Shown here: positions 62,590 to 64,000 of the stretch, piece by piece | Layout of the letters: each line of letters starts with the position of its first letter | Position numbering within the stretch: the first letter of the stretch is position 1 | Origin: a virus | Virus record (IMG/VR): IMGVR_UViG_3300012685_000002 | Span: 3,411-67,410 of that record | DNA length: 64,000 bases | Reading direction: 5' to 3' (one strand) | The notes under the pieces: model-generated | Told to the model about the DNA's origin: nothing | Seen by the model: only the letters and a program-made list of their open reading frames with translations | Database searches by the model: none | Program-made: the position numbers and the translations under genes

Positions 62590-64000
62590 TAGAAGTCTCT
62601 CGTTGTGAGGGTCTTGTAGCGGTCTGACTGCTCAATCACGTTCCAGATGACCCGGTCGGCCAGGGAGAGCTGCTTCTTCCATGCTTGCTCCTCGGGCTGC
62701 CGGGTGCCTGCGGCCATGATCGAGCATCCGTAAACTAGCGCGTCGCAGGCATCTGCGCCATCCGCACTGTCCTTGTCGGGCTTCCCGTTCTCTCCCCAGG
62801 AGAGCCGCTGCATCTCCCAGAGGAGTCGGGAGCAGTTCATGTCTCGGCTCTCCCACTTCCAGGTGGAGGTGAGGTTGTTGAAGAAGAAGATGCGGGGAGC
62901 ACCGAAGACGGGCTTGAAGTTGGGCTCGGCAGCGGGATCGACGGGATGCCCGAAGCTGGGGATGATCTTAGGATAGAGTCGGTCGGGGTCAGGTTCCAGC
63001 AGGGCATGTGTCCGCAGCACCATTTCATCGACTCGCTTCTGAATGGGCAGGGGAATGGCGCCGATAGGAGCGGCGATTCGGCTGAAGTGCCAGTTGAGCT
63101 CTGCCATGTCTTGGGGGTTCGCGGAGTCCACGTAGCACGGAAGAGCGCGGTCACGCTTACCCACGAGAGCAGCCATTCGCTCAGCACGCCGAGCCAGCGT
63201 GTCATCTTGCGAAAAGAACTCATCCGTGACGTAGTACGCGCCATGCTCATCCGCCGCGAAGAACAGGGTCGCAAACCGGTGGTACTGGGGGTCACACACG
63301 AACCAGCGAGCGTAATCTAGCGGGATCTCGAACGGAGGGATAGTGTGCACCTTCGCGTCAAAGCTCCGGAAGACGAGGCCGGAACGGGTGATGAACTCGC
63401 CGTACATACGGGCGGCCCGGACGGCAGGGTCGGGCCAGCGGCGCTCCATCGACTTGATGTCTTCATCGGAGAAGTGTGGGACGAGGGAGTGGCCATCCCG
63501 GTCAGCCACGGGCATGTGGATGACGTGGAAGTCTGTGATGTCACCGGCTTGCCAGGGGATGTAGATCTTGTCCCGTACCCAGAAGGACTTGATGTCGATA
63601 GGGGCGAAGACGAGGATCACGCGGCCGTGACGGTCGAACACACGGGCCTGGAGCTCTTCGAAGACGCTCTCTTCGGGGGTCTCGTCCATGATGGCCATGT
63701 CGATGGAGGCACCTTGGAGACGCCGCTGACGCATGTCGGAGGAAACGAAGTGGAGCTCGGAGCCGTTCTTGAACTTCACGATAGGCGAGCGGTCGCTGGC
63801 CATCTTCAGGATCTCTTTCCGAGGGGCGAGCTTCTTGAAGACCGGCAGAATGGTCCGGCGGTACATGGTGAGGGACGGCATGACATACCAGACGATCACG
63901 GGGGGCGTTGGGACATCGGCCCAGACGGCACGACCGGTGCAGTAGTAGATGGCCTCCGCCACGGCGTACCAGGTCTTACCGGAGCGGTTACCGCCCACGA
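62589..64000 (-). CDS. terL: terminase large subunit (5' end outside window)
   Basis: Walker A GGNRSGKT, Walker B IMDE, nuclease DACDALVY. Confidence 0.92.
   Translation of the reverse strand, partial: VGGNRSGKTWYAVAEAIYYCTGRAVWADVPTPPVIVWYVMPSLTMYRRTILPVFKKLAPRKEILKMASDRSPIVKFKNGSELHFVSSDMRQRRLQGASIDMAIMDETPEESVFEELQARVFDRHGRVILVFAPIDIKSFWVRDKIYIPWQAGDITDFHVIHMPVADRDGHSLVPHFSDEDIKSMERRWPDPAVRAARMYGEFITRSGLVFRSFDAKVHTIPPFEIPLDYARWFVCDPQYHRFATLFFAADEHGAYYVTDEFFSQDDTLARRAERMAALVGKRDRALPCYVDSANPQDMAELNWHFSRIAAPIGAIPLPIQKRVDEMVLRTHALLEPDPDRLYPKIIPSFGHPVDPAAEPNFKPVFGAPRIFFFNNLTSTWKWESRDMNCSRLLWEMQRLSWGENGKPDKDSADGADACDALVYGCSIMAAGTRQPEEQAWKKQLSLADRVIWNVIEQSDRYKTLTTRDF

Noticed and set aside
1-64000. 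Prophage or integrase, primase, rnpA, CCA-adding enzyme
   Set aside because: No recognisable motifs in the window and no host genes; they could lie outside the window or be too divergent to see

Overview
The window is most of the genome of a GC-rich tailed dsDNA bacteriophage, probably with a short non-contractile tail. Essentially every gene is on the minus strand. Reading right to left in transcription direction: terminase large subunit (5' end cut by the window edge), portal, scaffold, major capsid, head-tail and tail proteins, putative ejection proteins including a 2831-aa giant, a 1739-aa tail-fibre-like protein containing a split PhoD phosphatase, lysis genes, nucleotide-metabolism genes, a Cas4-like nuclease/Sak4-like ATPase/SSB module, a ~4.3 kb RNA operon, a split UDG-fused family A DNA polymerase, a RepA-like helicase and small early genes. 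The RNA operon has one sigma70-type promoter and carries 33 tightly packed tRNA genes without encoded CCA that cover all 20 amino acids, plus peptide deformylase and micro-ORFs starting 1-2 nt after tRNA 3' ends. The most striking element is a ~203-nt minimal RNase P RNA inside this operon: its catalytic core is complete, but most of the specificity domain and P18 are absent. Three further tRNA-scaffolded RNAs with large structured insertions lie in the early region. All calls come from manual motif and base-pairing inspection; no searches were run, and novelty could not be checked.
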